A DNA stretch of 61,215 nt, from IMG/VR virus record IMGVR_UViG_3300028571_000029, positions 1 to 61,215 of that record; one strand, given 5' to 3'. The notes beneath the pieces are model-generated. The model was not told the origin of the DNA. It did no database searches and worked only from the letters and a program-made list of their open reading frames with translations. This DNA comes from a virus (Duplodnaviria; Caudoviricetes). A program made the position numbers and the translations under genes. Position 1 is the stretch's first letter. Each line of letters begins with the position of its first letter. Below, one piece after another: positions 18,188 to 29,232 of the stretch.

Positions 18188-18918
18188 ATACTACAATTAT
18201 AAAAAAGTTCATATTATTAGTTATTATTTGTTTAGTTGGGAATTTATCTATGGCTCAAACCATAGGTAAAACCCAAACTGAACAATTTAAGGCATCTTTT
18301 GAGACTGCTATTAATATTGAAAAATATAAGGATTATAATGGTCCTCAAATTCCAATTCAAATTCTTAAAGCAGGTATATCTGATGAAATATATGAGATGT
18401 ATCCTGAATTAAAGGAAAAACGTGTAGGATTAGGTGTTGCAAATATTTCTATGGAATATTTAGAAAACTTAAATCGTTTTAAATTTACCGAAGATAAAAC
18501 AGAAATTAAAAATCGTATGGTTAAACAATTCCAAGCATCTCAAGCTGGAATTTCTGAAAATAAATTAGATGGACGTGGTAAAATTAATTTAGCTGAATAC
18601 TTTGTAACTATTGAATGCTATGATTATTCAGTATCTGAAGATGAGACTATCAATTTAAAAGATGGAGTAAAGAATCTAATGATTACTCGATTAGGTTTAC
18701 AGGTTAGATTTACTAATGCTGAAACTGGTGTAGTATTTGGAGCATCAGGCCTAGGTGAAGCAAAAACTACTAGAGAATTAACACTACTTTCAGATGCAAC
18801 TGTTGATGAAATGAAATTCAATCAATCAACTATCTCAATAGCAACTAAAAAGGCATTGGATATAGCTTGTGCTCGCATATTAGATAGAATGATTAAAAAA
18901 GGTATATTTCCAAATTAA
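18172..18918 (+). CDS. CsgG/HfaB-like exported protein
   Basis: Signal peptide; LENLNRFKFTE, LGLQVRFTNAETGVV and ATKKALDIA pattern. Confidence 0.6.
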   Translation: MEMVVNTTIIKKFILLVIICLVGNLSMAQTIGKTQTEQFKASFETAINIEKYKDYNGPQIPIQILKAGISDEIYEMYPELKEKRVGLGVANISMEYLENLNRFKFTEDKTEIKNRMVKQFQASQAGISENKLDGRGKINLAEYFVTIECYDYSVSEDETINLKDGVKNLMITRLGLQVRFTNAETGVVFGASGLGEAKTTRELTLLSDATVDEMKFNQSTISIATKKALDIACARILDRMIKKGIFPN

Positions 18919-18979
18919 AATATAAATAATATTTAATAACAGAAGGTTATGATTCAAAATTATTGTTTGAATTATTATA

Positions 18980-20218
18980 ATGAAAAAATGGATTGTATTA
19001 GTATTAATTATATTAGGTTATATTTTAAATGCTCAATCTCAAATATTAGTTCAAACTTATGTTGATCCATGTGATGGAAAAACGTATGTAGTATCATTTC
19101 CATTACCTACATCCGTAATTAGTGTATCTGTTAGGAATAAAATTAAAACATTTACATACGCTGAGGCACAATCTGGAGCAATAGCAATTTGGGTAAATAG
19201 TATATTATCAACACCGTGCCCTGTACCAGTTGCTGCTGCTGTAACTCAAACTCAAGTAGCAACATCTGTAGCTAGATCAGCAGCAACAGTTGCTGCTACA
19301 GCAGCTGCAACACCACCTCCTGTAGTAGTACCAGTAGCAGCACCTGCTCCTGCTCCAGCTGCTGCTCCTGCTGCTCCTGCATCAAGTAGTAGTTCAAATT
19401 CATCTTCTTCAAGTAGCAGCTCTGAATCATCTTCAAGTAGTAGTAGTTCTTCCGAATCAAAATCTGAATCAAGTAGTTCTGAAGAATCATCTTCCGAAGA
19501 ATCATCTTCTGAAGAATCTAAATCTGAAGAAGAAAAAGAAGAGAAAAAAGATGGAAAAAGCAAAGGAAATAAACAGCAAAGAGTAAATCCATTACTTATA
19601 GCATCTGACTTAACAACAGCTCAAAATCCGGACAATACATTTTCAGCTATAATGAATGTTGGGGTATCTAAAAATTCAATGGCTGGAGATAAATCATATG
19701 GAGTAACAGGAATGGTATGGTCTAATTTAAATCAATTTGCTGTATCAAGTAGATATACTAAAATTACATTTAATGATCAACAAGCAACAACCGTAGCAAA
19801 TACAAGTTTAACTACAGCATACGCTATAGGAAACGTATTTGTGTTTTTAGGATATAGTGAAGTATTAGCAAAACCTAAACTTGGAGTACTAGGGTATAAT
19901 CTTAACTTAGGAGCAATGTTCCTAACTGGTGGTATTCAAAGTTATCTATATTCAATGACAATGTTCTATATGAAACCATTAGTATTAACTAAAAAAATAT
20001 CTATTACACCTTCTATGTTTGCTAGCGGGGCTCCTTTATTATATTCCCAACGTCAAGCATCAGTAGATGCTAATTTAAACATGATGGCTGGTTCAACATT
20101 TGATTATGCTATTACTAAAAAATTTAAATTTGGTTTTGATTATAAAATTAGTTTCGGAACAGTATCTAATGCACCCATATTAAATATGATTATGATTGGA
20201 TCTAAAATCCAACTTTAA
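18980..20218 (+). CDS. exported protein with Ala/Pro and Ser/Glu-rich linker and probable C-terminal beta-barrel
   Basis: Signal peptide, low-complexity linker, amphipathic beta strands. Confidence 0.6.
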   Translation: MKKWIVLVLIILGYILNAQSQILVQTYVDPCDGKTYVVSFPLPTSVISVSVRNKIKTFTYAEAQSGAIAIWVNSILSTPCPVPVAAAVTQTQVATSVARSAATVAATAAATPPPVVVPVAAPAPAPAAAPAAPASSSSSNSSSSSSSSESSSSSSSSSESKSESSSSEESSSEESSSEESKSEEEKEEKKDGKSKGNKQQRVNPLLIASDLTTAQNPDNTFSAIMNVGVSKNSMAGDKSYGVTGMVWSNLNQFAVSSRYTKITFNDQQATTVANTSLTTAYAIGNVFVFLGYSEVLAKPKLGVLGYNLNLGAMFLTGGIQSYLYSMTMFYMKPLVLTKKISITPSMFASGAPLLYSQRQASVDANLNMMAGSTFDYAITKKFKFGFDYKISFGTVSNAPILNMIMIGSKIQL

Positions 20219-20291
20219 ATATTATATAATATATTATAATAATTTTGTAAATACAGTTTGATATCTAAATTTTTATTTATATATTAAAAGT

Positions 20292-21209
20292 ATGATGGAA
20301 ATAAACTATGCATATCAAAAAACAGTATCGTTCTCTCAATATTCTTTATTTAATCAATGCCCTCATCAATGGTATCTTAAATATGTAAAGAAATTAAAAG
20401 ACGATTCACCATCTATACATTTAATTTTTGGAACTAGCATGCATGAAACTCTACAGCTATTCTTTGAAACAATGTATAAAAAGACATTAAAGAAAGCTGA
20501 AGAACTAGATCTTATAAGTGATTTTAAAGAACGTTTCCTATCAGAATATAAAAAATCACTATCAAAGAATAAAGGTCAGCATTTCTCTTCATCAGAAGAA
20601 ATGAGAGAGTTTTATGAAGATGGAATAGCTATATTAGAATGGTTTAGAAAGAAGAGATCAAAGTATTTTTCTAAAAAGGGTACAGAGTTAATAGGGATAG
20701 AGATCCCTTTGCAGACATTAGCTAATAAGGAAATAAAGAATGTTTACTTTAATGGCTTTGTTGATTTTTTATTATATGATAAAGTATTAAATAGATATAC
20801 TATCTATGATATAAAAACCTCTACAAGAGGGTGGAGCGATAAAGAAAAGAAAGATCAAATTAAAATAAACCAAATATTATTATATAAAAAATTTGTATCA
20901 CAATTAAAGGGAATACCTGAGGAAAATATTGATGTAATATTCTTTATTGTAAAGAGAAAGATAATTGAAACAGATGAGTTTATAATTCCTCGCATACAAC
21001 AATTTAAACCAGCTCATGGTAAAAATAAAGTAAATCAAGCATATGAATCTTTTAATTCCTTTGTAAAAGAATGCTTTAATTTAGATGGATCTTATAAAGA
21101 GAATGAATATCCTAAAAAGGTATCAAGGCTATGTGAATGGTGTCCATTTAATAATAAACCAACATTATGTGATAAAAACGGAGAAATTAAAAATAAATTC
21201 TTTGTTTAG
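20292..21209 (+). CDS. PD-(D/E)XK exonuclease (RecB/Cas4-like)
   Basis: SFSQYSLFNQCP, GTSMHE, GFVD, YDIKTS, CEWCPF. Confidence 0.88.
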   Translation: MMEINYAYQKTVSFSQYSLFNQCPHQWYLKYVKKLKDDSPSIHLIFGTSMHETLQLFFETMYKKTLKKAEELDLISDFKERFLSEYKKSLSKNKGQHFSSSEEMREFYEDGIAILEWFRKKRSKYFSKKGTELIGIEIPLQTLANKEIKNVYFNGFVDFLLYDKVLNRYTIYDIKTSTRGWSDKEKKDQIKINQILLYKKFVSQLKGIPEENIDVIFFIVKRKIIETDEFIIPRIQQFKPAHGKNKVNQAYESFNSFVKECFNLDGSYKENEYPKKVSRLCEWCPFNNKPTLCDKNGEIKNKFFV

Positions 21210-21247
21210 AAATATTTTGATATATTTATATATAAATGTATTAAAGT

Positions 21248-21439
21248 ATGGGAAAACAACAATTAACATCGGTTAAAGTAGATGGGAATCTATTTGACGA
21301 ATTCAAAGTATTATGTGTAAGAACTAAATTTAGCTTACAAAAATTAACAGATAGATGTATGCATAGATATGTGGTTGACGAGGAGTTTAGAAAAGTAATG
21401 CATAATTACCTAGATATAAATCTACCAGAAAGTAAGTAA
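21248..21439 (+). CDS. ribbon-helix-helix-like DNA-binding protein
   Basis: LTSVKVD...LFDEFK...SLQKL pattern. Confidence 0.5.
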   Translation: MGKQQLTSVKVDGNLFDEFKVLCVRTKFSLQKLTDRCMHRYVVDEEFRKVMHNYLDINLPESK

Positions 21440-21455
21440 AAACAAAAATAACGTT

Positions 21456-22901
21456 ATGAATAAAGAAGGTTACATTCCAAAAGATCAACGAAAGAAAATC
21501 CTACTACTATCAGATGATATTCGAATGAATTCTGGTATTGCTACAATGGCAAGAGAAATGGTAGTAGGAACATCTCATGTCTATAATTGGATAAATTTAG
21601 GTGCAGGTATTAATCACCCTGATCAGGGTAAGAAATTCGATATATCTCAAGATAATGATAGAGTAACCGGTTTAACTGATTCTAGTATATATCTATACCC
21701 ATGGAATGGATACGGTGATACTACCATCATCAGACAATTAATTAATACAGAAAAACCGGACGCTATTATATTCTTTACTGATCCTAGATATTGGATATGG
21801 TTATTTCAAATAGAAAATGAAATAAGAAGAAATGTGCCTATGATTTATTTAAATATTTGGGATGAATATCCTGCACCAATATATAATAAATCATATTATG
21901 AATCATGTGATGGCTTAATGGCAATTTCTAAGCAGACATTAAATATTAATAAAATTGTATTAGGTGATAAGGCTAAAGATAAGGTTATTAACTATGTACC
22001 ACATGGTATTAACGAGGACTACTTCTTTCCAATCACAAAAGATAATAAAGAACAATGGCTATTACTTCAGCAATTTAAAAAGAAAGTATTTGGAGAAAAA
22101 GAATATGAATATGTAATTCTATATAACGCACGTAATATTAGAAGAAAATCAGTACCGGATCTAATGCTTGCATACTCTAACTTTTGTGAAAGAATAGGTA
22201 AAGAGAAGGCAGATAAATGTGTATTATTAATGCACACACAACCAGTAGATGAAAATGGAACAGATCTATATGCTATTAGAGACCTGACCTGTAATCCAGA
22301 ATTATGTAATATTATATTTTCAACATCTAAATTAGGAGTTCAAGAAATGAACTACCTCTATAATATATCAGATGTAACTACACTAGTATCATCTAATGAA
22401 GGGTGGGGGTTATCTTTAACAGAATCAATGATGGCTGGTAGAATGATTATTGCTAACACTACTGGAGGTATGCAGGATCAAATGAGATTCGTAGATGCAA
22501 ATGGAACTTGGATTAATTTTAATAAAGAATTTCCTAGTAATAATTTAGGGACTTATAAAGATCACGGAGAGTGGGCAATGCCTGTATATCCATCTAATCT
22601 AAGTATAGTAGGTTCATTACCAACACCTTATATATTTGATAGTAGAGCTGATATAAGTGATATATCTAAAGCAATAGAAGATGTATATAACCTTTCTAAA
22701 GAAGAAAGATTAGAAAGAGGATTAAAAGGTAGAGAATGGGTGACGTCTGATGAATCAATGATGTCTGCCAAGAATATGTCTAAGAATGTTATTAATACTG
22801 TTGAAGAAGTATTAACTACTTGGAAACCTAGAAAGAGATTTGAATTAATTAAAACCGAAAAAATACAAATTAAAAAAGCAGAACATAAATTAATATATTA
22901 G
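21456..22901 (+). CDS. GT4-like glycosyltransferase
   Basis: SGIAT, VPHG, RNIRRK, SSNEGWGLSLTESM. Confidence 0.88.
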   Translation: MNKEGYIPKDQRKKILLLSDDIRMNSGIATMAREMVVGTSHVYNWINLGAGINHPDQGKKFDISQDNDRVTGLTDSSIYLYPWNGYGDTTIIRQLINTEKPDAIIFFTDPRYWIWLFQIENEIRRNVPMIYLNIWDEYPAPIYNKSYYESCDGLMAISKQTLNINKIVLGDKAKDKVINYVPHGINEDYFFPITKDNKEQWLLLQQFKKKVFGEKEYEYVILYNARNIRRKSVPDLMLAYSNFCERIGKEKADKCVLLMHTQPVDENGTDLYAIRDLTCNPELCNIIFSTSKLGVQEMNYLYNISDVTTLVSSNEGWGLSLTESMMAGRMIIANTTGGMQDQMRFVDANGTWINFNKEFPSNNLGTYKDHGEWAMPVYPSNLSIVGSLPTPYIFDSRADISDISKAIEDVYNLSKEERLERGLKGREWVTSDESMMSAKNMSKNVINTVEEVLTTWKPRKRFELIKTEKIQIKKAEHKLIY

Positions 22902-22903
22902 TT

Positions 22904-24202
22904 ATGAATAAACCGCTATGCATAGTTTCAGCGCCTGTAGAAACATATTCCGGATATGGCAGTAGGGCGAGAGACTTCGTTAAAGCATTAATAATATCAA
23001 AACCAGATTGGGATATTAAAATATTATCTCAAAGATGGGGTAATACTAGATTTGGATTCTTAGAAGATCATAAGGAGCATGATTTACAATCCAAAATAAT
23101 ACCTCAAATGACACAGCAACCAGACTACTGGTTTCAAATTACAGTACCTAATGAATTTCAGAGAGTAGGTAAGGTTTATAACTGCGGAGTAACAGCAGGT
23201 ATTGAAACTACTGTGTGTGATCCTTCCTGGATTGAAGGAGTAAATAGAATGGATTTAACATTAGTATCATCTAATCATGCTAAAAAAGTATTTACAGATT
23301 CTAAATTCCAAGTAAAAAACAATAATGATCAAGTATCGGGTTTAATTGAATTAACTAAACCTGTTGAAGTATTATTTGAAGGTGTTGATCTTAATAAATA
23401 CTTTCATATTTCTGCTGAAGAATATCCATTAACTGACTTTACAGAAGAATTAAATGAGATTAAAGAAAGCTTTTGCTTTTTATTTGTAGGCCATTGGCTT
23501 CAAGGAGTTATAGGTGAAGATAGAAAGAATGTAGGATTATTAATTAAATCATTTTTACACGCTTATAAGAATAAAGCAAACAAACCAGCATTAATATTAA
23601 AGATATCATCAGCTACTAACTGTATAATGGATAGAGATGAAATGCTTAATAAGATAGATGCAATTAGACAGACTATAGGATCAGATAATTTACCTAACAT
23701 ATATCTTTTACATGGTGATTTAGATGATATTGATATAAATTTATTATATAATCATCCTAAAGTTAAAGCGATGATTAGTTTAACTAAAGGAGAAGGATTT
23801 GGTAGACCACTATTAGAATTTACTACATCTAAAAAACTAGTTATTGCATCAAATTGGTCTGGTCATATAGATTTTCTTAACAGTAAATTTAACTATCTTA
23901 TATCAGGAGAAATAAAACAAATACATCCATCAGCAGTAGTGGATAAAATGCTATTAAAAGAATCAGGATGGTTTAATGTAGATGAAGGAGATGTAGGTAG
24001 GATGTGGATTGAAGTGTTTAGTAATTATAAAAAATATATTGATGCAGGAAAGAGACAAGGACATTTATCTAGAACAGAATTTAGCTTTGATAAAATGACG
24101 CATAAATTAAAAGAGATAATCAATAATAAGTTTGATAAACCTAAAGTACTACAATTACCAACACTTAAGAAATTAGAACTGCCAAAAATCAATAAAATAT
24201 GA
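22904..24202 (+). CDS. GT4-like glycosyltransferase
   Basis: SGYG, DRKNV, KGEGFGRPLLE. Confidence 0.85.
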   Translation: MNKPLCIVSAPVETYSGYGSRARDFVKALIISKPDWDIKILSQRWGNTRFGFLEDHKEHDLQSKIIPQMTQQPDYWFQITVPNEFQRVGKVYNCGVTAGIETTVCDPSWIEGVNRMDLTLVSSNHAKKVFTDSKFQVKNNNDQVSGLIELTKPVEVLFEGVDLNKYFHISAEEYPLTDFTEELNEIKESFCFLFVGHWLQGVIGEDRKNVGLLIKSFLHAYKNKANKPALILKISSATNCIMDRDEMLNKIDAIRQTIGSDNLPNIYLLHGDLDDIDINLLYNHPKVKAMISLTKGEGFGRPLLEFTTSKKLVIASNWSGHIDFLNSKFNYLISGEIKQIHPSAVVDKMLLKESGWFNVDEGDVGRMWIEVFSNYKKYIDAGKRQGHLSRTEFSFDKMTHKLKEIINNKFDKPKVLQLPTLKKLELPKINKI

Positions 24203-24639
24203 TAGAAGAATTAATAATATGCCCTGTATGTAAATCTGATGCATGCCTTAAAATGCATATTAATGAATCTCATTTTAGCTACATGTGTTTAGGAGGAGGT
24301 CATCAAACAAATGATCTAATGAAAGTAGGAGAATTTAACTTTGAAGAGTATGAACAAACAATTCCAGAATTATATAAAGATTTAGCTCTTGTAGATTCTG
24401 AGAATAGAGTATGGTATCCTGCAGTAGTTAGTATTCCTGAAAAAGGAACTGTGTTTATAAATGGAAATTCTAAAGATAACTGGCAATGGTCAGCAATTAA
24501 GACAAGACCGATTACAGAAGAAGAAGCTGAATCATTATCAAATAAAGGAATTAAATATAAGTCAGATGCTAAATCTATGAAATACTTTGATAGAGATTTT
24601 ATAACTGCATTAGAATATGTTGGCTTTTTTGAAAAATAA
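24199..24639 (+). CDS. hypothetical protein with CxxC
   Basis: CPVC. Confidence 0.65.
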   Translation: MIEELIICPVCKSDACLKMHINESHFSYMCLGGGHQTNDLMKVGEFNFEEYEQTIPELYKDLALVDSENRVWYPAVVSIPEKGTVFINGNSKDNWQWSAIKTRPITEEEAESLSNKGIKYKSDAKSMKYFDRDFITALEYVGFFEK

Positions 24640-24654
24640 TTATTATATTATTAT

Positions 24655-25284
24655 ATGGTAAAAATTAGTTATGCAATCACAGTAAGTTCTGAATTAGAAG
24701 AACCTATTAATCTAATAAAATTATTAACAATGTATAAACAGTCTCAAGATGAGATATGTGTATTATTAGATAAACCTAAAGTTAATCATAGAGTATTAGA
24801 TAAGCTATATAAGTTTTCTTCATCTAATTGGATAACATTAAAAGAATCAGCATTCAATAATAATTTTGCTGATTGGAAAAACGAATTAAATAGAATGTGT
24901 TCAGGCGATTATATTTTTAATATTGATGCTGATGAAATGCCTTCTGAACAATTATTATTAAGTATTCATGAATTAATTGAATTAAATCCATTAGCAAAAG
25001 TATTTGCTGTTCCTAGAGTAAATACAGTAGAAGGACTTACTCAAGAGGATATTGAAAGATGGGGCTGGAGAGTTGATGATAAGAATAAAATTAACTATCC
25101 TGATTTTCAAACAAGAATATATAAGAACGATCAGGAAATATACTGGGAAGGTAAAGTTCATGAAAGAATTAATATATGGCAAGATTCTTGGCCTTTACCT
25201 ATAGATAGTGAAGATTTTGTATTATACCATCATAAACAAATAGATAAACAAAGAAAACAGAATGATTTTTATAACAACATTTAA
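24655..25284 (+). CDS. GT2 glycosyltransferase
   Basis: ISYAIT, IDADE, YPDFQTRIY, VHE. Confidence 0.85.
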   Translation: MVKISYAITVSSELEEPINLIKLLTMYKQSQDEICVLLDKPKVNHRVLDKLYKFSSSNWITLKESAFNNNFADWKNELNRMCSGDYIFNIDADEMPSEQLLLSIHELIELNPLAKVFAVPRVNTVEGLTQEDIERWGWRVDDKNKINYPDFQTRIYKNDQEIYWEGKVHERINIWQDSWPLPIDSEDFVLYHHKQIDKQRKQNDFYNNI

Positions 25285-26092
25285 TAAAGACATATATAAT
25301 ATTTGCGGAAAAGATTTATTATATTCATTTATCGATACAAATAATAATAAAGATCATAAGCTTGTTGTATTTTTTGAAGATAAAGATAATCAATTTGGAC
25401 ATTGCCCTGAATGGTTAAGTGAGTGGATAGATGTTGATGGTATTATCTTAATTGATATACTCTATGATAATAATATTATTAAACTAGATAAAGATTTATC
25501 TCCTAAAATTAATCACACAGATGAATACTCCAGTCCTAGAAGCGTAAAATGGTTCAGACCAGTGTCAGCTATTAAGCAGGCCAGTGAAATGGCAGATAGT
25601 GCTTTTTGTTCTATAGATGCTGACTGTTTATTTATCACTAAAGTTGAAGAGTCATTCTTTGAATCTTTATTAGAATATAATATTTCTTTTCTTGGAAGAG
25701 AAAACTTTAAGCTAATGAGGCATGGAGGGTATGATAGAGAAGGTAATTATGTTCATACTAAAACTCAAGAAGCTACTAAAAAAGATACTCATACAGAAAC
25801 AGGATTTATATTATTTAATATGAAATTAAAAGATACTCAGCATTTTATAAATAGAAATTATGAGTATTGGATTAACCAAGATATATTAAGTTTAGAATAT
25901 AAGACAGATTGTCATACATTTGATGCAACAAGAAAAGAATTAGTTAATTTAAAATATAATAATTTATGCGAACCAATGGGTGAAACATCACCAATAGGGA
26001 GCAGAGTTATTGAAGAATCTGTTTTAGGTTCGTTTCTAGTTCATCATAAAGGAACTATAGGTCCAACATTATATGCTAATAATTTATTATGA
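25262..26092 (+). CDS. GT-A fold glycosyltransferase-like protein
   Basis: IDADC DxD motif, ETGF, HHKG. Confidence 0.6.
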   Translation: MIFITTFNKDIYNICGKDLLYSFIDTNNNKDHKLVVFFEDKDNQFGHCPEWLSEWIDVDGIILIDILYDNNIIKLDKDLSPKINHTDEYSSPRSVKWFRPVSAIKQASEMADSAFCSIDADCLFITKVEESFFESLLEYNISFLGRENFKLMRHGGYDREGNYVHTKTQEATKKDTHTETGFILFNMKLKDTQHFINRNYEYWINQDILSLEYKTDCHTFDATRKELVNLKYNNLCEPMGETSPIGSRVIEESVLGSFLVHHKGTIGPTLYANNLL

Positions 26093-27168
26093 TCCCTATA
26101 TCAATACCGCATTTATATAAGGAAGATAAGCAATATGCCATCAAAGCAATTAAAGATGGAAATATTGGTCAAGGTGGTAATATAAAGATATTTGAAGAAG
26201 AGTTTTCTAATTATTGTGGTAGAACATATGGAGTTACATGCTCCAATGGTACTGTTGCATTATATCTAGCTATTAAAGCTTTAGATCTACCAAAAGGTTC
26301 AGAGGTAATTATTCCGTCAATGACGATAGTATCCTGTCTTACAGCAGTTTTAGAAAATGATCTGACACCAGTATTTTGCGATGTAGATCCTGATACATGG
26401 AATATAGATTTTAAATCGGCTCTTTATAAAATTAATAGTAAAACGTCAGCAATTATAGTTATAGACACTTATGGTTTAGTAGTTAGTGTTGATGATATAT
26501 TATCAATAAAATCACAATATCCAGATATAAAAATAATAGAAGATGCCTCTGAATCACACGGAGCTAGTTATTGGGATTATAAAGCAGGATCAATAGGAGA
26601 TATATCTACATTTTCTTTTTACTCTAATAAAATTATTACAACAGGTGAAGGCGGAATGATACTAACTGATGATATTAAGATATACGAAAGACTAATATCA
26701 CACCGCAATCTTAATTTTATCGAAAGAAATAAATATATTCATTCAGAAGCTGGTTGGAACTTTAGATTAAATAACATATCTTGTAGTATAGGATTAGGTC
26801 AGTTACATAATATAAATCAAACAATTAATCAAAGGATTAGAATAGCTAATAGATATAATCGGAACTTAAGTAAATGTTCATCTATACAATTACCGTTTGA
26901 AAGTTTTTTTCATGTAAATGTATACTGGTACTATTCTATAGTTATAAAGAAGAATTATAATAAAGTATTAGAAGCATTAAAAAATAATAATATTGATTAC
27001 AGACATTTCTTTCACCCACTACATAAACAGCCTTTTATTAATTCAGAAGAAAGTCTACCTGTATCAGAATATTTGTTTGATAATGGATTAATTTTACCTA
27101 CATTTACAAAGCTAAAAAATAGTGAAATAGATTTTATAAGTAAAGTAATAATAAAAGCAATCGAATGA
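26089..27168 (+). CDS. DegT/DnrJ (perosamine synthase-like) aminotransferase
   Basis: SNGTVAL, EDASESHGA, FSFYSNKIITTGEGG. Confidence 0.92.
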   Translation: MIPISIPHLYKEDKQYAIKAIKDGNIGQGGNIKIFEEEFSNYCGRTYGVTCSNGTVALYLAIKALDLPKGSEVIIPSMTIVSCLTAVLENDLTPVFCDVDPDTWNIDFKSALYKINSKTSAIIVIDTYGLVVSVDDILSIKSQYPDIKIIEDASESHGASYWDYKAGSIGDISTFSFYSNKIITTGEGGMILTDDIKIYERLISHRNLNFIERNKYIHSEAGWNFRLNNISCSIGLGQLHNINQTINQRIRIANRYNRNLSKCSSIQLPFESFFHVNVYWYYSIVIKKNYNKVLEALKNNNIDYRHFFHPLHKQPFINSEESLPVSEYLFDNGLILPTFTKLKNSEIDFISKVIIKAIE

Positions 27169-27656
27169 AATTAAATTTAGCAAGTGGTCAAATGTACCTT
27201 GATGGGTATATTAATATTGACAACATGTCAATGTATAATGGAAGCATGAAAGTTGATAAGGAAGCTGACATATTTACACTAGAGTGGGAAGATAATACTG
27301 TTAATGAAATAATATTATCTCATTTTGCGATGTATATTGAATTAAATCAAATGAATCAACTATTAAAAAAATGGTATGGGTGGCTAAAAGATGGAGGTAA
27401 AATAATAATAGAAACAGGAGATGTTAAAGCTATATCAAAATATATTTCAGAAACCGACGATCCAGACTTAATAAACGGATCGAATGGAGTAATGCAGCTA
27501 TTCGGGTGGGAGTCAACAAAAGGACATAAATGGGCTTGGTGTGAACAGACTTTAGGTTTATCATTATTTCAAGCAGGATTTAGAAATATTGAAACAGGAA
27601 GAGGATACTTCCATAATAATCCAATAAGAGATTTTTTAATAGTAGGAATAAAATAA
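27165..27656 (+). CDS. SAM-dependent methyltransferase
   Basis: KLNLASG, GYINID, LKDGG. Confidence 0.75.
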   Translation: MKLNLASGQMYLDGYINIDNMSMYNGSMKVDKEADIFTLEWEDNTVNEIILSHFAMYIELNQMNQLLKKWYGWLKDGGKIIIETGDVKAISKYISETDDPDLINGSNGVMQLFGWESTKGHKWAWCEQTLGLSLFQAGFRNIETGRGYFHNNPIRDFLIVGIK

Positions 27657-27661
27657 ATAAT

Positions 27662-28621
27662 ATGAGACAGATAGTAAATCAAAACGTATGCGTTATCGGA
27701 GGAGCCGGATTTTTAGGCTCGCACCTTGTAGATTATCTAGTAGAAGAAAGAGGATGTAAAGTCCTAGTATTAGATAATTTAATTACAGGAGTATTATCCT
27801 ATGTTAACCCTAAAGCTAAATTTGAATGGTTTGATATTAGAGGAGATGAGAATGAGTTAGCTAAAATCTTTAAAAAGAATAATATTAAATATGTATTTAA
27901 CTATGCTGCTGAGCCATATATTCCTGAATGTTTTGAACGCCCTATGCACTTCTTTGACATTAATGCCACATCAGTATTAAGAGTATTAAATGCATGTCAA
28001 CAAGCTGATGTAGAGGCAATACTTCAAGTATCAAGTGCTGAAATATATGGTAATATGGTAGGTAAAATTAAAGAAAGTGATCCGGTAGAACCACATTCAA
28101 CATACGGTGTATCTAAAGCAGCAGCAGATGGTTTAGTTCAAGTAAGATGGAAGGAAGCTAAAGTACCTGTAATTGCTATGCGTCAATTTAATTGCGTAGG
28201 TGAAAGAGAAACTCACGAATACGTTATACCAGAAATTATCTCTCAGTTAACAGTATCAAATAATGTAAAGTTAGGTAATAACTCTTTCCGAGATTTTCAA
28301 TATGCAGGCGATGCTGTAAGAATGGCAGTAGAGTTATTAGAGAAGGGAGAATTCGGAGAAGTATATAATATGGGAAGTGAAGGCGGAATTAAGATTTATG
28401 AATTAGCTAAATTAATAGGTAAGTTAATTGGTCACTCCTCAATTAATATAGATATTGACCAATCTAGAGTACGACCTTGGGAGATATGGCATTTACAATC
28501 AGACAATACTAAATTATATACTGTAATCGATAAAAGACCAGAAGTAGAATTAGAAGAAGCGCTAAATAAAACAATTACATTTTACTTTAAAAACGGCAAC
28601 AAATGGGATTGGAAAAAATAA
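27662..28621 (+). CDS. NAD-dependent sugar-nucleotide epimerase/4,6-dehydratase
   Basis: GGAGFLGS, SSAEIYG, YGVSK. Confidence 0.9.
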   Translation: MRQIVNQNVCVIGGAGFLGSHLVDYLVEERGCKVLVLDNLITGVLSYVNPKAKFEWFDIRGDENELAKIFKKNNIKYVFNYAAEPYIPECFERPMHFFDINATSVLRVLNACQQADVEAILQVSSAEIYGNMVGKIKESDPVEPHSTYGVSKAAADGLVQVRWKEAKVPVIAMRQFNCVGERETHEYVIPEIISQLTVSNNVKLGNNSFRDFQYAGDAVRMAVELLEKGEFGEVYNMGSEGGIKIYELAKLIGKLIGHSSINIDIDQSRVRPWEIWHLQSDNTKLYTVIDKRPEVELEEALNKTITFYFKNGNKWDWKK

Positions 28622-29232
28622 ATACAATTCACTCTACATCAATAATTGGATCCGATGTTAAATTAGGAACCGGTAATTATATAGGACCGTATTGTATTAT
28701 AGTTGGAGATACAATAATCGGAGATAATAATAGATTTGAAGCATATTGCTCAATAGGCAGTCCCAGTGAAACGATAGGATACTTTGACAGATATGACGGT
28801 AAAACTATAATCGGAAATAATAATATATTTAGAGAATACACATCAGTTCACCAAGGATCAACAAAGCAAACTATTATTGGAAATAAAGTTATTATGCTGA
28901 GAGGTAGTCATATTAGTCATGATTGCGTTATAGAAGATAAAGTATTGTTATCATGCAATTCACTGCTAGGAGGATATACATATGTTATGGAAGGATGTAA
29001 TCTGGGTCTAGGAACTACAACTCATCAGTTTAGTAAGATAGGAGCTTATTGCATGTTAGGAATGGGGACAATAGTTACAAAAACAACTAATATATTACCT
29101 GGCGGAGTGTATATAGGTTCTCCTGCTAGGAGAATAAAACAAAATGCAGTTAGCTTTACTAAAAATCAAATAACAGATACTATGCTGGAAGAGCTTATTA
29201 TAAAGTATAATAGTATTATAATAGAAAGATAA
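28603..29232 (+). CDS. hexapeptide-repeat acyltransferase (LpxA/PerB-like)
   Basis: IG-x repeats, HISHDC, GSPAR. Confidence 0.85.
   Translation: MGLEKINTIHSTSIIGSDVKLGTGNYIGPYCIIVGDTIIGDNNRFEAYCSIGSPSETIGYFDRYDGKTIIGNNNIFREYTSVHQGSTKQTIIGNKVIMLRGSHISHDCVIEDKVLLSCNSLLGGYTYVMEGCNLGLGTTTHQFSKIGAYCMLGMGTIVTKTTNILPGGVYIGSPARRIKQNAVSFTKNQITDTMLEELIIKYNSIIIER

Noticed and set aside
377-19563. Minus-strand ORFs such as 377-625, 16170-16547 and 19252-19563
   Set aside because: Antisense shadows of low-complexity plus-strand genes
20292-21209. Cas4 of a CRISPR system
   Set aside because: Stand-alone phage PD-(D/E)XK exonuclease; no cas1/cas2 or array
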